Assembly: GCA_038124645.1 (NCBI GenBank)
Contig: JAYPCI010000004.1
Coordinates: forward strand, 5,489-69,488
DNA from: Pelagibacteraceae bacterium
GTDB taxonomy: Bacteria > Pseudomonadota > Alphaproteobacteria > Pelagibacterales > Pelagibacteraceae
Direction: 5' to 3'
DNA: 64,000 nt
Below, in pieces: positions 29,661 to 39,947 of the stretch. The translations under genes were made by a program, and so were the position numbers. A model generated the notes under the pieces. That model had not been told where the DNA came from. It saw only the letters and a program-made list of their open reading frames with translations, and did no database searches. Each line of letters begins with the position of its first letter. Position 1 is the stretch's first letter.

Positions 29661-31388
29661 ATGGGTTTAAACACAGAAGTTAATAAGGATAACAAACTAA
29701 CCGAAGAATTTAAAAAACTCCTAGAGAACGATTTTAAAGATCGTAAATTAGAAGAAAACAATATTGTCTCCGCCGTTATTACTGAAATCACAAAAAATTA
29801 TGTTGTCGTCGATCTTAAAGCTAAGCAAGAAGGCATGATACCCATTGAAGAATTCAAAAACGAAATGGACAAAATTAAAGTGGGTCAAAAAATTGAAGTT
29901 TTTTTAGACAGAATAGAAAGTTATCAAGGTGAAATTATTGTCTCTAGAGATAAAGCTAAAAAATTATCTACTTGGAAGAAAATGGAAAAATTTTATGAAA
30001 CTCAAGAAGAACTTGAAGGATTCATAACTTCCAAAATTAAAGGCGGGGTAATCTGTGTAGTCGAAGGATTACCAACATTTATGCCGCAATCTCAAATCGA
30101 CGTCAAACCACCTAAAAGAATTGATCATCTCATGAACGTGCCCATCAAGGTTATAGCAACAAAAATTGATCGCTACCGTGGTAATGTGTGTACAAGTAGA
30201 AGAGCTGTTTTAGAAAAAGGCAAAAATGAAAAGTTAAAAGAATTACTTAAAAATCTTAAAGAGGGAGATATAGTTGACAACGCAATTGTAAAGGCAACCA
30301 CAGATTGGGGAGTGTTTTTAGATATTAGCGGTGCGGATGCTTTGATCCACATATCAGACCTTTCTTGGTCTAAAGTAAAAAAACCAAGTGACATCATTAC
30401 TATTGGACAAACAGTTAAAGTTAAAATTATAAAAATTGATCCGGAAACTTCTAGAATTTCAGCAAGTATCAAAGCTTTAACTGAAGATCCTTACGCAAAC
30501 TTAGAGGCTAAATATAAAGTTGGCAAGATCTACAAAGGCAAAATTACTCGTACCGTTGATTATGGTGCCTTCGTTAAGTTAGAAGAAGGTGTAGAAGGCT
30601 TAATACACTCAAGTCAAATCGCCTGGGGCAAACATTCAAAAGCAAATAGCGTTTTTAATACAGGGCAAACTGTTGATGTCAAAATTATGGAAATTGATAA
30701 AGAAGGAAAAAAAATATCTTTATCATATAAAGAAACCTTAGATAATCCATGGACAACACTTAAAAACAAAGTTGGGCAAACTTTTGAAGGTTCAATTGAA
30801 AAAATCACTAATATTGCTTTATTGGTTAAACTAGAAAATAATTTAACTGGTATGGTTCATTTTAAGGAGTTGAGCTACTCAGAAAACAAGGATGACTTAA
30901 AAAAATATTCACCAAAACAAAAAGTTAAAGTGAAGTTATTAGAAGTAGAAAATGAAAAAATAAAATTATCTATTCGAGCTTTAGAAAAAGATCCAATGGA
31001 CTGGTTTGCTGAACATAATAAAAAAGTAGGTGATGTGATTACCACGGTTGTGAAAGAAGTGATGAAAACTGGGGTTAAGGTAGCAATTGGAAATTCAGAT
31101 CATTTAATTACTATCATCAAAAAAAACCAATTAGCGAAAGAAGCAAGTGATCAGAGGCCAGAAATTTTTCAACCTGGTAACAAACTAGACGCTGCAATAA
31201 CTGAATTAGATATGAGCTCTAGAAAAATTACCCTGTCAGTCAAACAAGCTCAGATAGATGAAGAAAAATCTTTAATTAAGAAATTTGGTAAAGACGCAAG
31301 TACCTCAGGTGCTAAACTGAAAGATATTTTTAGTAAAGCATTTAGCTTAACAGGCTCTAAGAAAGATAAAGATAAAGAAGAAAAATAA
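29661..31388 (+). CDS. rpsA: 30S ribosomal protein S1
   Basis: 575 aa with six S1-domain repeats (for example GAFVKLEEGVEGLIHSSQI). Confidence 0.95.
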   Translation: MGLNTEVNKDNKLTEEFKKLLENDFKDRKLEENNIVSAVITEITKNYVVVDLKAKQEGMIPIEEFKNEMDKIKVGQKIEVFLDRIESYQGEIIVSRDKAKKLSTWKKMEKFYETQEELEGFITSKIKGGVICVVEGLPTFMPQSQIDVKPPKRIDHLMNVPIKVIATKIDRYRGNVCTSRRAVLEKGKNEKLKELLKNLKEGDIVDNAIVKATTDWGVFLDISGADALIHISDLSWSKVKKPSDIITIGQTVKVKIIKIDPETSRISASIKALTEDPYANLEAKYKVGKIYKGKITRTVDYGAFVKLEEGVEGLIHSSQIAWGKHSKANSVFNTGQTVDVKIMEIDKEGKKISLSYKETLDNPWTTLKNKVGQTFEGSIEKITNIALLVKLENNLTGMVHFKELSYSENKDDLKKYSPKQKVKVKLLEVENEKIKLSIRALEKDPMDWFAEHNKKVGDVITTVVKEVMKTGVKVAIGNSDHLITIIKKNQLAKEASDQRPEIFQPGNKLDAAITELDMSSRKITLSVKQAQIDEEKSLIKKFGKDASTSGAKLKDIFSKAFSLTGSKKDKDKEEK

Positions 31389-31673
31389 TTGGCTAATTCT
31401 GAATTAGTAAAATATTTAAAGACTAAATTTCCACAATTTAAACAAAAAGAAATATCTGACCTAATCAAATTATTTTTTGATGAAATTAAAGATGCTTTAA
31501 AAAGAGGACAAACTTCTGAATTTAGAGATTTTTTCATAATTAAACCAAAAAAACTAAAAGAAAACAAATCAGCACGTAACCCTAAAACGGGTGAATTAAT
31601 ATATGTGCCGGAGAGAAAATCTGTTAAATTCAAAATGAGTAAAAAACTTTTTAAGGATCTAAATGCAAAATAA
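31389..31673 (+). CDS. ihfB: integration host factor beta subunit (HU/IHF family)
   Basis: 94 aa, TTG start immediately after the rpsA stop. The arm SARNPKTGELIYVPERKSVKFK is typical of IHF/HU. Confidence 0.85.
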   Translation: MANSELVKYLKTKFPQFKQKEISDLIKLFFDEIKDALKRGQTSEFRDFFIIKPKKLKENKSARNPKTGELIYVPERKSVKFKMSKKLFKDLNAK

Positions 31674-32346
31674 AAATATATTTTTAGCCCTCGATACTGA
31701 TAATTTTTCTAATGGTTTAAAAATTATCGAACAAGTTAAAGATAAGATTGCAGGCATTAAAATTGGGTTAGAATTGATTAATAGCATCGGACCAAAAGAA
31801 ATTGCCAGTTTGGACCAATTTAATTTACCGGTTTTTTTTGATGGCAAGTTTTTTGATGTACCTAATCAGGTAAGTAAAACTATTTTGGCTTTAAGTAAAT
31901 TTAAAGCAATTAAATATCTAACATTACATGCCTTAGGCTCGAAAGACATGTTAGAAGCGGCAAAACAAGCTGCAACACAAACAAATATTAAATTGTTAGC
32001 GGTTAGCGTACTGACGTCCTGGGATCAAAATGATCTGAATAACATTGGCATAGATAAAAAATTAGAAGACCAAGTAAAGCTGCTGGTAGAGTTAGCGGTA
32101 CGTACTCAAATGGATGGTGTTATCACTTCGGTGGAAAATATAAAAATGATTAGATCTATCACCAAAGATTTAATATTGTTTTGCCCTGGAATTCGTTCGA
32201 ACAAAAATAGCAAACAAGATCAAAAACGAACAGCTAGTTATGCAGAGTTTAAAAAAATTGCAGACGATAAATGTTTTGCAGTAATTGGTCGACCAATCTA
32301 CGAGGGTGATCCAAGAAAAAATATTGAAAATATTCTTCAAGAATAA
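31663..32346 (+). CDS. pyrF: orotidine 5'-phosphate decarboxylase
   Basis: 227 aa. FLALDT, DGKFFDVPNQV and IGRPI motifs. Confidence 0.88.
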   Translation: MQNKNIFLALDTDNFSNGLKIIEQVKDKIAGIKIGLELINSIGPKEIASLDQFNLPVFFDGKFFDVPNQVSKTILALSKFKAIKYLTLHALGSKDMLEAAKQAATQTNIKLLAVSVLTSWDQNDLNNIGIDKKLEDQVKLLVELAVRTQMDGVITSVENIKMIRSITKDLILFCPGIRSNKNSKQDQKRTASYAEFKKIADDKCFAVIGRPIYEGDPRKNIENILQE

Positions 32347-32960
32347 TGATTGTCAAAGTTTGTGGTTTAACTGACCAAGATCAGGTTCAGACGTGCATTG
32401 ATCATGGTGCTGACTTTTGTGGTTTTATTCTCAACTATAAAAAAAGCCACCGTTACCTTAAACAACATCAATTAGAAAAATTATTAACAATTAACAGGCA
32501 CAAAACAAAATTTGTTGGTGTTCTGGTTAAACCCTCTTTAGAGGAACTTGATATTTTTAGCCGATTAGGATTCGACTATTTTCAAATTTATGAATGCACT
32601 GATGAACAAATAAAAACTTACCAGTCTAAGTATCAAACAAAAATTATTGCTGCTCTAAAAATCAGTCAAGCAACAGATGTTTTAAATTATATGCAGTATA
32701 AGCATGCCGATTATTTATTATTTGACTCAACGGGTATGGAGAAAACACTTTCTTGGGACTTTGATTGGATTAAAAAGGTACCTACCACAGTTAAAAAGTT
32801 TGTGGCTGGTGGCATTGCTATCGATCACTATGAAAAACTAAGTAAAATTAATAAACTGACAAAAATTGCTGTTGATGCATCTGGTGCTTTAGAGACAGAT
32901 AAGATAAAAGATTTAGAAAAAATTAAAACTTTTCTTAAAATTTATAAAAAAGATGGTTAA
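32346..32960 (+). CDS. trpF: phosphoribosylanthranilate isomerase
   Basis: 204 aa. MIVKVCGLT start. trpF-trpB-trpA order. Confidence 0.85.
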   Translation: MIVKVCGLTDQDQVQTCIDHGADFCGFILNYKKSHRYLKQHQLEKLLTINRHKTKFVGVLVKPSLEELDIFSRLGFDYFQIYECTDEQIKTYQSKYQTKIIAALKISQATDVLNYMQYKHADYLLFDSTGMEKTLSWDFDWIKKVPTTVKKFVAGGIAIDHYEKLSKINKLTKIAVDASGALETDKIKDLEKIKTFLKIYKKDG

Positions 32961-34143
32961 ACAAAGTCAAAAAAATTCACTTAGAAATGGTCCTGATCAT
33001 CTGGGTTATTATGGTGAGATGGGCGGTATGGCTGTAGGTGAGACGTTAATGCCAGCTCTTCATGAATTAAATAAAGCTTTTGAAGATGCGATTCAGGATA
33101 AAAAATTTTTAGATGAATACGAATACTACTTAAAACATTATGTTGGTCGACCCTCACCTTTGTATTTTGCTGAAAATTTGACCAACTATCTAGGTGGAGC
33201 AAAAATTTATTTTAAACAAGAGCACCTAAATCATACCGGAAGTCATAAAATCAATAATTGTTTGTTTCAAGCTCTCTTAGCAAAACGTATGGGCAAAAAA
33301 GAAATTTTTGTCGAGTCAGGAGCCGGTCAACATTTCAGTGCTGCCTGTGCTGTGGCAGCTAAATTTAATATGCCTATTACTGGCGTCATGGGAGATATTG
33401 ATGTCAAAAGAGTTAATCAAAACATTATTAAAGCAAAGCATTATGGTGGCAAACTAGAGGTAGTACCTGGTTCGCTAAAAGAGGCAATAACTCATGCAAT
33501 AAAAAAATGGATAAGTTCTCCTGACATTTACTACATGATTGGTTCAACAGTATCGAGTTATCCTTTTCCAAAAATTGTCCAATTTGCTCAAAGTGTGATT
33601 GGGAAAGAAATAAGAAAACAGTGTCTGGAACTTGAAAAAAAATCTCCAAATATGATTGTGGGTTGTGTTGGGGGTGGTTCAAACTTTATGGGAGCGATAC
33701 ATGAATTTCTAGACGATAAAGATGTTATAAAAATTGGAGTGGAAGCTGCTGAAACTGCTGCATTGTCAAATGGTACAGTTGGTATCATGCAAGGGATGAA
33801 AACTTATATGCTACAGAATGAGGATGGCTCAAAATCTTTAGGAGGCTCTTCACTTGGAGCTGGTATTCAATACTTTGCTGTAGGTCCAGAACATTCCTAT
33901 CTTAAACAAGTTGGTGCGGTTAAATATACTAGTGCTACAGATAAAGAAATCTTAGAAGCATATAAACTGGTAGCAAAAACTGAAGGTATATGTTCCGCAT
34001 TAGAACCAATGGCTGCGGCGGCGGAAGTGATAAAACAAGCTAAAGGTAAAAATAAAGATTTTATTATAGTGATGAATCTTTGTGGTCGTGGTGAAAAGGA
34101 TTTAGAGACTATTGAACAACATATCGGACAAGATTTTGACTGA
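32953..34143 (+). CDS. trpB: tryptophan synthase beta chain
   Basis: 396 aa. HLNHTGSHKINN (PLP lysine) and GCVGGGSN. Confidence 0.95.
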   Translation: MVKQSQKNSLRNGPDHLGYYGEMGGMAVGETLMPALHELNKAFEDAIQDKKFLDEYEYYLKHYVGRPSPLYFAENLTNYLGGAKIYFKQEHLNHTGSHKINNCLFQALLAKRMGKKEIFVESGAGQHFSAACAVAAKFNMPITGVMGDIDVKRVNQNIIKAKHYGGKLEVVPGSLKEAITHAIKKWISSPDIYYMIGSTVSSYPFPKIVQFAQSVIGKEIRKQCLELEKKSPNMIVGCVGGGSNFMGAIHEFLDDKDVIKIGVEAAETAALSNGTVGIMQGMKTYMLQNEDGSKSLGGSSLGAGIQYFAVGPEHSYLKQVGAVKYTSATDKEILEAYKLVAKTEGICSALEPMAAAAEVIKQAKGKNKDFIIVMNLCGRGEKDLETIEQHIGQDFD

Positions 34144-34939
34144 CAGATTAAAAAAAATATTTTCATCAAAAGAACAAAAAACAAAACTAATAACTTATTT
34201 TGTTGGTTGTCACCCAACCTATGCTGTGAGTCTTGCAACCATCAAAAGCGCTATTGATAATGGTGCTTCAATTATTGAATTAGGATATCCTACCTCTGAA
34301 GCGTCAGCTGAGGGACCAATTATTAAAGCGGCGCACGATCGTTGTTTGAAAAATGGAGTAAATTTAAAAGAAGTCATCAAATTAGCTGCTGAAATTAGAA
34401 ATTATAATAACGAGGTTGGTATTATACTAATGGGCTACATGGCAAATCTCTATCTCTACCCTATTGAAAAATTTACAAAAGATGCAGCTAACGCTGGAGT
34501 CGATGGTGTGTTAGTGGTTGATGCTCCGCACGAATTAAAGGAAGAAAATATTTTAAGAGCAGAACTTGAAAAAAATAAACTTGGTTTGATTAAATTAATT
34601 TCACCAACGACAACTACTGAACGATTAGAAATGATCACTAAGTTAGCCAAAGGTTTTATCTATTGTGTAAATGTAAAGGGTATCACCGGAGTTAAAAAAG
34701 CTGAAAAAGACGAGGTCACTGCCATGATCAATAAAATTAAAAAGTTTAGCGACTTACCTGTCTGTTCTGGGTTTGGTATCAAAACACCTGAAGATGCTAA
34801 AATTATTGCTGGGAGCGGCTGTGAAGGTATTGTGATTGGCTCAACTTTGGTGGAAGAAATTGAAACAAATCTTGAAGACAAAAAATTACCACAAATCATT
34901 GGAAATAAGATAAAGTCATTTGTAAATATATTGAATTAA
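34112..34939 (+). CDS. trpA: tryptophan synthase alpha chain
   Basis: 275 aa. GASIIELGYPTSEASAEGPII and GFGIKTPEDA. The start is uncertain: ATG 34112 overlaps trpB by 32 nt, and an in-frame TTG at 34136 is an alternative. Confidence 0.9.
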   Translation: MNNISDKILTDRLKKIFSSKEQKTKLITYFVGCHPTYAVSLATIKSAIDNGASIIELGYPTSEASAEGPIIKAAHDRCLKNGVNLKEVIKLAAEIRNYNNEVGIILMGYMANLYLYPIEKFTKDAANAGVDGVLVVDAPHELKEENILRAELEKNKLGLIKLISPTTTTERLEMITKLAKGFIYCVNVKGITGVKKAEKDEVTAMINKIKKFSDLPVCSGFGIKTPEDAKIIAGSGCEGIVIGSTLVEEIETNLEDKKLPQIIGNKIKSFVNILN

Positions 34940-35859
34940 TGAATTGGATCTCAAAATTTTTAAAACCCAAGTTAAAATCACTTTTTAAAAAAAAATCATC
35001 ATTATCTAATGAAACTTTATGGACCACTTGTGAGTGCAAGAATTTAATTTATAAAGAAGACTTACACAAAAATTTAAATTGCTGTCCTAAGTGTGGTTCA
35101 CATCACAAATTAACTAGTCAAGAACGATTTCAAATCTTTTTTGACAACAAAGAGTATCAACTTTTAAATCCACCCGTACCTGAAGATGATCCTCTGCAAT
35201 TTGTCGATACCAAAAAATATTCTGATCGTCTTAAATCCGCACGGAAATTAACTGGACAAAACGACAGTTTGTTAACGGCTACCGGTAAAATTAACAACAT
35301 TGATATCGTTGCGGGAGCAATGGATTTTCGTTTCATAGGTGGAAGTTTTGGCGCTGCTGCTGGTGAAGCTTTTGTGCATGCTGCTAATCATGCAATCCAA
35401 AACAATATGCCATTTATAATGTTTAGTTCCTCTGGTGGCCAACGAATGATGGAGTCAGCGATAGCTTTAATGCAAATGACGCGTACAGTAATGGCAGTTA
35501 ATGATCTTAAAAAAAATAATATTCCTTTTATCGTTGTTCTGACGAATCCAACAACCGGTGGCGTAACAGCTTCCTGGGCAATGCTTGGGGATTTTTTAAT
35601 TTCTGAACCTAAAGCGGTAATTGGTTTTGCTGGTCGCCGAGTGATACAAGACACTGTGAGAGAAAATCTGCCAGAAGAATTTCAAACAGCAGAATATGTG
35701 CAAGAACATGGCGGTATTGATCTGGTAGTAGAAAGACCATATCTAAAATCAACTATCACTACTTTGCTTAATGTTTTATTGAAAAAATATCAGTCTCAGT
35801 TTAATAGTACTGAGACAGATGAAGAACACCAACCACTTTTATCAAAAGCTTCAGGCTAA
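34939..35859 (+). CDS. accD: acetyl-CoA carboxylase carboxyltransferase beta subunit
   Basis: 306 aa. N-terminal zinc ribbon (CECKNL...CCPKCGSH) and the CT domain. Confidence 0.92.
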   Translation: MNWISKFLKPKLKSLFKKKSSLSNETLWTTCECKNLIYKEDLHKNLNCCPKCGSHHKLTSQERFQIFFDNKEYQLLNPPVPEDDPLQFVDTKKYSDRLKSARKLTGQNDSLLTATGKINNIDIVAGAMDFRFIGGSFGAAAGEAFVHAANHAIQNNMPFIMFSSSGGQRMMESAIALMQMTRTVMAVNDLKKNNIPFIVVLTNPTTGGVTASWAMLGDFLISEPKAVIGFAGRRVIQDTVRENLPEEFQTAEYVQEHGGIDLVVERPYLKSTITTLLNVLLKKYQSQFNSTETDEEHQPLLSKASG

Positions 35860-37075
35860 ATATTCACGAAAAATTGATCTAGATTTAGAGCGAATTAATC
35901 GAGTTCTTTTTAAATTAAATTTTCCTCATTTACACATTAATCAACCCATCAATATTATTGGATCTTCAGGTAAGTTTTCCACCTTAACCTGTTTAAAATA
36001 TTTTTTTGCAGCCAATAAAAAAAAGGTTTCAACCTTTATAAGTCCTCACTTATATGATTTGCGAGAACGATTTGAGTTTAATGGTAAAACATTATCTTTA
36101 GCAGAAATTAAGAAATACCAATCACAAATTGAAAAAACAAAAATTAAATTAACACTGTTTGAATTAATCACGTTAATTCAAGTCTTGGCGTGCAAAGATA
36201 AAAAAATGGACATTAATCTCTTTGAAGCAGGGTTATTTTTTCGCGGAGACTCAACGCGACTTTGGAAAATGCCTGCTGCCCAAATTATTACCAATATCAA
36301 CTTACAACATAAAGACTGGTTAGCAAAAAAAACGATCAAACAAATTTGTTATGAAAAATGTGCTTTTCTTTCTGCAAACACTAAAATTTTTATCGGTAAG
36401 CAAACTCCCTCTACTTTGCGACTGATTAAGCAAAATTTAAAAAACAATCCTAGTGAAGTATTTTACCCTTCAAATTGGCAAATAAAATCCAAACAAAATA
36501 AGATTTATTACTCTGACCCAAAAAACAGCATTACAATCAAAAATAATAACATTGTTAGCCAAGGTTTATTGCATAATTTAGGTTTAGCTATTTATGTTGC
36601 TTTAAATTTTGGTGTTTCAAAAAAAATAATACAAAAAACAGCTGCTAAAATTATTTTTCCTGGGCGACTACATAATATTACCAAGGGAAAATTAAGAAAA
36701 TTAGTTCAACCCAATACACAATTAATATTAGATGGGTGTCATGCGCCTACGGAAGGTGAGAATTTAAGTCGTTATCTGCGTACGCTTAAGCAACCTATTT
36801 ATGGTGTTTGGGGAATGTTAAAAAACAAGGAACCAGAACATTTTATTAAAAAGTTTAGAGGGATTTTTAAAACAATTATCCCTGTCTCTATTAGTGGTGA
36901 ACCTAGCGCTTGTTCAACCAAAGAATTAAAAAAAATATTGTTTAAAAATAAATTTCAAATAGGAACTGCTAATAATTTTAAATCAGCCTTAACCACTTTA
37001 GCTAAAAAACCAACTGGTACTATTGTGGTCTTTGGTAGCTTATATCTTGTCGGTGAAGTTTTAAGTAAAAATTAA
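35819..37075 (+). CDS. folC: dihydrofolate synthase / folylpolyglutamate synthase (divergent)
   Basis: 418 aa, Mur-ligase fold. P-loop is IIGSSGKFST (canonical form GTNGKGS). Conserved accD-folC synteny. Confidence 0.75.
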   Translation: MKNTNHFYQKLQAKYSRKIDLDLERINRVLFKLNFPHLHINQPINIIGSSGKFSTLTCLKYFFAANKKKVSTFISPHLYDLRERFEFNGKTLSLAEIKKYQSQIEKTKIKLTLFELITLIQVLACKDKKMDINLFEAGLFFRGDSTRLWKMPAAQIITNINLQHKDWLAKKTIKQICYEKCAFLSANTKIFIGKQTPSTLRLIKQNLKNNPSEVFYPSNWQIKSKQNKIYYSDPKNSITIKNNNIVSQGLLHNLGLAIYVALNFGVSKKIIQKTAAKIIFPGRLHNITKGKLRKLVQPNTQLILDGCHAPTEGENLSRYLRTLKQPIYGVWGMLKNKEPEHFIKKFRGIFKTIIPVSISGEPSACSTKELKKILFKNKFQIGTANNFKSALTTLAKKPTGTIVVFGSLYLVGEVLSKN

Positions 37076-37393
37076 TTACTGTTTAACCCAGTCTTCAAAG
37101 CCTTGCGTACCAGCCCAACCGGTTTGCCTCGAGACTTCTTCTTTACCTTTCCATTTAATAAATAATGGAACGCCTCTAACCATCAGTTCAGCACCAAGAT
37201 TAGGACATTTATCGACATCAATCTCAACGATCTCAACATTACCTTTTAATTTCTCGGCAACTTCAGCCACTGGACCTTTGCTGGCCTGGCAAGGAGCACA
37301 CCAAGTGGCCCCCACTTTAACGACTCTTACTTTATCATCAGCCTGTAAGAAGTTTTTAAACTCTGCTTCACTTATTTCTTTTAATGATGCCAT
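37076..37393 (-). CDS. trxA: thioredoxin
   Basis: 105 aa, thioredoxin fold, with active site WCAPC instead of the usual WCGPC. Confidence 0.88.
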   Translation of the reverse strand: MASLKEISEAEFKNFLQADDKVRVVKVGATWCAPCQASKGPVAEVAEKLKGNVEIVEIDVDKCPNLGAELMVRGVPLFIKWKGKEEVSRQTGWAGTQGFEDWVKQ

Positions 37394-37432
37394 ACTACTT
37401 AATTAGTTATTTTTTTTTGTAAGTCAACAATA

Positions 37433-38854
37433 CTATTTTACTTTTTCATACATTGTTTGTAATTCTTCTATATAACCATTGATCTCTTCTAACTGTGAAA
37501 TAATTTCATCATTTCCCTCATGTTTATTCCTAAGATCGTCAATAGCCTGCATTGCGGACGGTATAGTTGTAAAAGGTTTTTTTTCCGTGCTTAGAAAATT
37601 ATCAGCGAAAAACTTACTGATTTGTTTATATTCCGTTTGGTCTAAGAGCTCCGGACTATTCTCATAAATTAAACGTTTTGCAAAATAAGAATATCGTTCA
37701 TCAGTAAATTTATTTCTTAAGTTATATTTATCTTTCCAGTTGTCCGTTTGATTAAAATCTTCAATCACCTTTTGATCTTTGGAGCCAGGAAATCCTCCTG
37801 AGTAAATTGTTTCTTCAACAAATTTATCAACTTGGTTGTTTGCTTCTTTTTCCTCTACTTCTTCTTTTTTGATCAAACTTACTTTTTCAGCAAATTCTTT
37901 ATTCATCTTAATTTTTTTTGCCCTCTCTAATAACTTCGTCATGCCAATTGCATTATAAGGTTCAAAATTATTAAGATATGAAGGGTTCATTAAAATAGGA
38001 TGTGCTGAATGTTTTATGGTTCTAACGGGTTTGGGTTTACCTTTTAACTCCTCTTTTAAATGATGAACATTTAATGTTAATAAGTGATCAATATCGTGTC
38101 TTAGATCGACACAAAGCGGCCAAGTAAATTTTGGATGTGGACATAGGTAAGTTACTAGATGAGGTCTGGGTCCCCCTCCATAATTTTCAGTCACAATAAC
38201 CATCTGTTCATTTTCTAAAATTTTCATAACTTCCTGCTTACTAGTCGTTAACATTGATGAGTCCCAAACACTTTTGGCTTTTTCTTTCAATAATTTAGCC
38301 GTTGATAACGTTGCTTCACAATCACTGAGAGCTGTATGTTTGTCTTCATGCTTTAAATCATTAGCTGCACTAATGCTAGTGAGCTTAAATTCAGCATTAC
38401 CTTTTGAGGTAGTCCCAGTTTTAATTGAACCCGGGTAAAACAAGTGTGCACTTCTAGCTACATGAATAAGATCAGCTTCTGAGTTACCATTAGAGTTTAA
38501 AATATAAGTTTTTTCTAAATTTCGAAACATCGTTGACCTAATAATATTTCGATCAAAATTAGTTGAATTCCAACCCATACTAATATTTTTGCCCCACTTA
38601 CTAAGCGTATCCACAAGCTGCTTGGTCATTTGGTATTCAGAAAGATTAGTTTCTTTAAGTCTTTTAATAGAAATTTTATTTGTTATTAGTGCTCCTGGGT
38701 GTGGGATAAAAGTTTTATTCAACCTTGCATGAAAAACAGCGCGGTCTAGTTCCTGTAAATTATCATTTACTAATATCATCGCGCATTCCAAGATTTGTGA
38801 AAAGTGAAGAGAACTGTCGCTAGTTTCTAAATCATATATTACTAAATTTGGCAT
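37433..38854 (-). CDS. sbcB: exodeoxyribonuclease I-like 3'-5' exonuclease
   Basis: 473 aa. DEDDh motifs (IYDLETSD, WNSTNFD, HTALSDCEAT). Length and C-terminal helical region are collinear with E. coli ExoI as I recall it. Confidence 0.7.
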   Translation of the reverse strand: MPNLVIYDLETSDSSLHFSQILECAMILVNDNLQELDRAVFHARLNKTFIPHPGALITNKISIKRLKETNLSEYQMTKQLVDTLSKWGKNISMGWNSTNFDRNIIRSTMFRNLEKTYILNSNGNSEADLIHVARSAHLFYPGSIKTGTTSKGNAEFKLTSISAANDLKHEDKHTALSDCEATLSTAKLLKEKAKSVWDSSMLTTSKQEVMKILENEQMVIVTENYGGGPRPHLVTYLCPHPKFTWPLCVDLRHDIDHLLTLNVHHLKEELKGKPKPVRTIKHSAHPILMNPSYLNNFEPYNAIGMTKLLERAKKIKMNKEFAEKVSLIKKEEVEEKEANNQVDKFVEETIYSGGFPGSKDQKVIEDFNQTDNWKDKYNLRNKFTDERYSYFAKRLIYENSPELLDQTEYKQISKFFADNFLSTEKKPFTTIPSAMQAIDDLRNKHEGNDEIISQLEEINGYIEELQTMYEKVK

Positions 38855-38882
38855 TATGGTCTTTTATAATGAATTAAGAAAA

Positions 38883-39920
38883 TTATTTACTTAAAACTTT
38901 TACTTTTTCTGAGTTATCCTCAACTGCTTCCTTGACTTGATCTGGATCTTTAATGTTGCTCAAAGTGTTCATAATTGAACGCGCATCTCTACCAAAACTT
39001 TCAGTCGCTGTTATTGCCTGCTCGAGTTTTTTTCTAAGTTCAACTATATTATCAAAGTGTTTTTCAAATCGAGAAGTTATCGTTCTTAAATCACTATAAA
39101 TTTGGGTTGCATGTTTTGATACTTTGAGTGTTTGAAATCCTAAATGATAGGATTGCAATAAAGCAGATAAAGTATTTGGTCCAGCAACAGTAATTCTGTA
39201 TTTTGTTTGTAATTCTTGAAGCAGTAGTTCTTTAGTTTTCGGGTCCCGATAACTTGAGAGTTCTGCAAACAAACCTTCGGTTGGGGCGTAGACAATAGCA
39301 AAATCTGTGGTTTTGGGTGGTGCAATATATTTGCTACTCACTGCTTTTGCTTTGTTTCTAAAAGCTGAAGCTAACTCTTTTCTTGCCTCTGCTAAAGCAT
39401 CTTTATCTTTTGCTTGGTAAGCTTCATCTATTGCTTTAAATTTTTCTATTGGCCAATGGCTATCAACGGGTACTAAAACATTTTGTAATTTAATTGCAAA
39501 TTCTACGGTATCTGAAGTTTCTTCAGGTTTCATCTTCACGTTAGCAATAAATTGAGATGCAGGGAGTAAATCTTTTAATAAGGATGCTAAAGAAAATTCT
39601 GCTAAAACACCATATTGTTTTACTCCAGCTAATATTCTGCTGAAGTTTTCTTGACTTTTATTTAATGTTTCTACTTGCCTGTTAAAAACATTAACTTTCT
39701 CATCTACTCTGGTTAATGCTCCAGTCATATCTTTTGCGATATCTTTGGACATTGAACCAAAAGACTCACTGAAAGTATTTCTTAGGGAGCTAAGTTCATC
39801 TTTTAAAACTTGTTCAGTGTTATCAATCTTAGTTTCTGACTTATTCTTAAATAAATAAAAAATGACCCCTAGATTGAGAACAAGCAAAATTACAACTAAA
39901 ATGATCAATAATGATTCCAT
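38883..39920 (-). CDS. rmuC: DNA recombination protein RmuC
   Basis: 345 aa. N-terminal TM helix, coiled coil, and a RmuC nuclease-like C-terminus (DFAIVYAPTEGLFAE). Confidence 0.8.
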   Translation of the reverse strand: MESLLIILVVILLVLNLGVIFYLFKNKSETKIDNTEQVLKDELSSLRNTFSESFGSMSKDIAKDMTGALTRVDEKVNVFNRQVETLNKSQENFSRILAGVKQYGVLAEFSLASLLKDLLPASQFIANVKMKPEETSDTVEFAIKLQNVLVPVDSHWPIEKFKAIDEAYQAKDKDALAEARKELASAFRNKAKAVSSKYIAPPKTTDFAIVYAPTEGLFAELSSYRDPKTKELLLQELQTKYRITVAGPNTLSALLQSYHLGFQTLKVSKHATQIYSDLRTITSRFEKHFDNIVELRKKLEQAITATESFGRDARSIMNTLSNIKDPDQVKEAVEDNSEKVKVLSK

Positions 39921-39947
39921 TGAAATTCAATATAGCACATATTTAAA

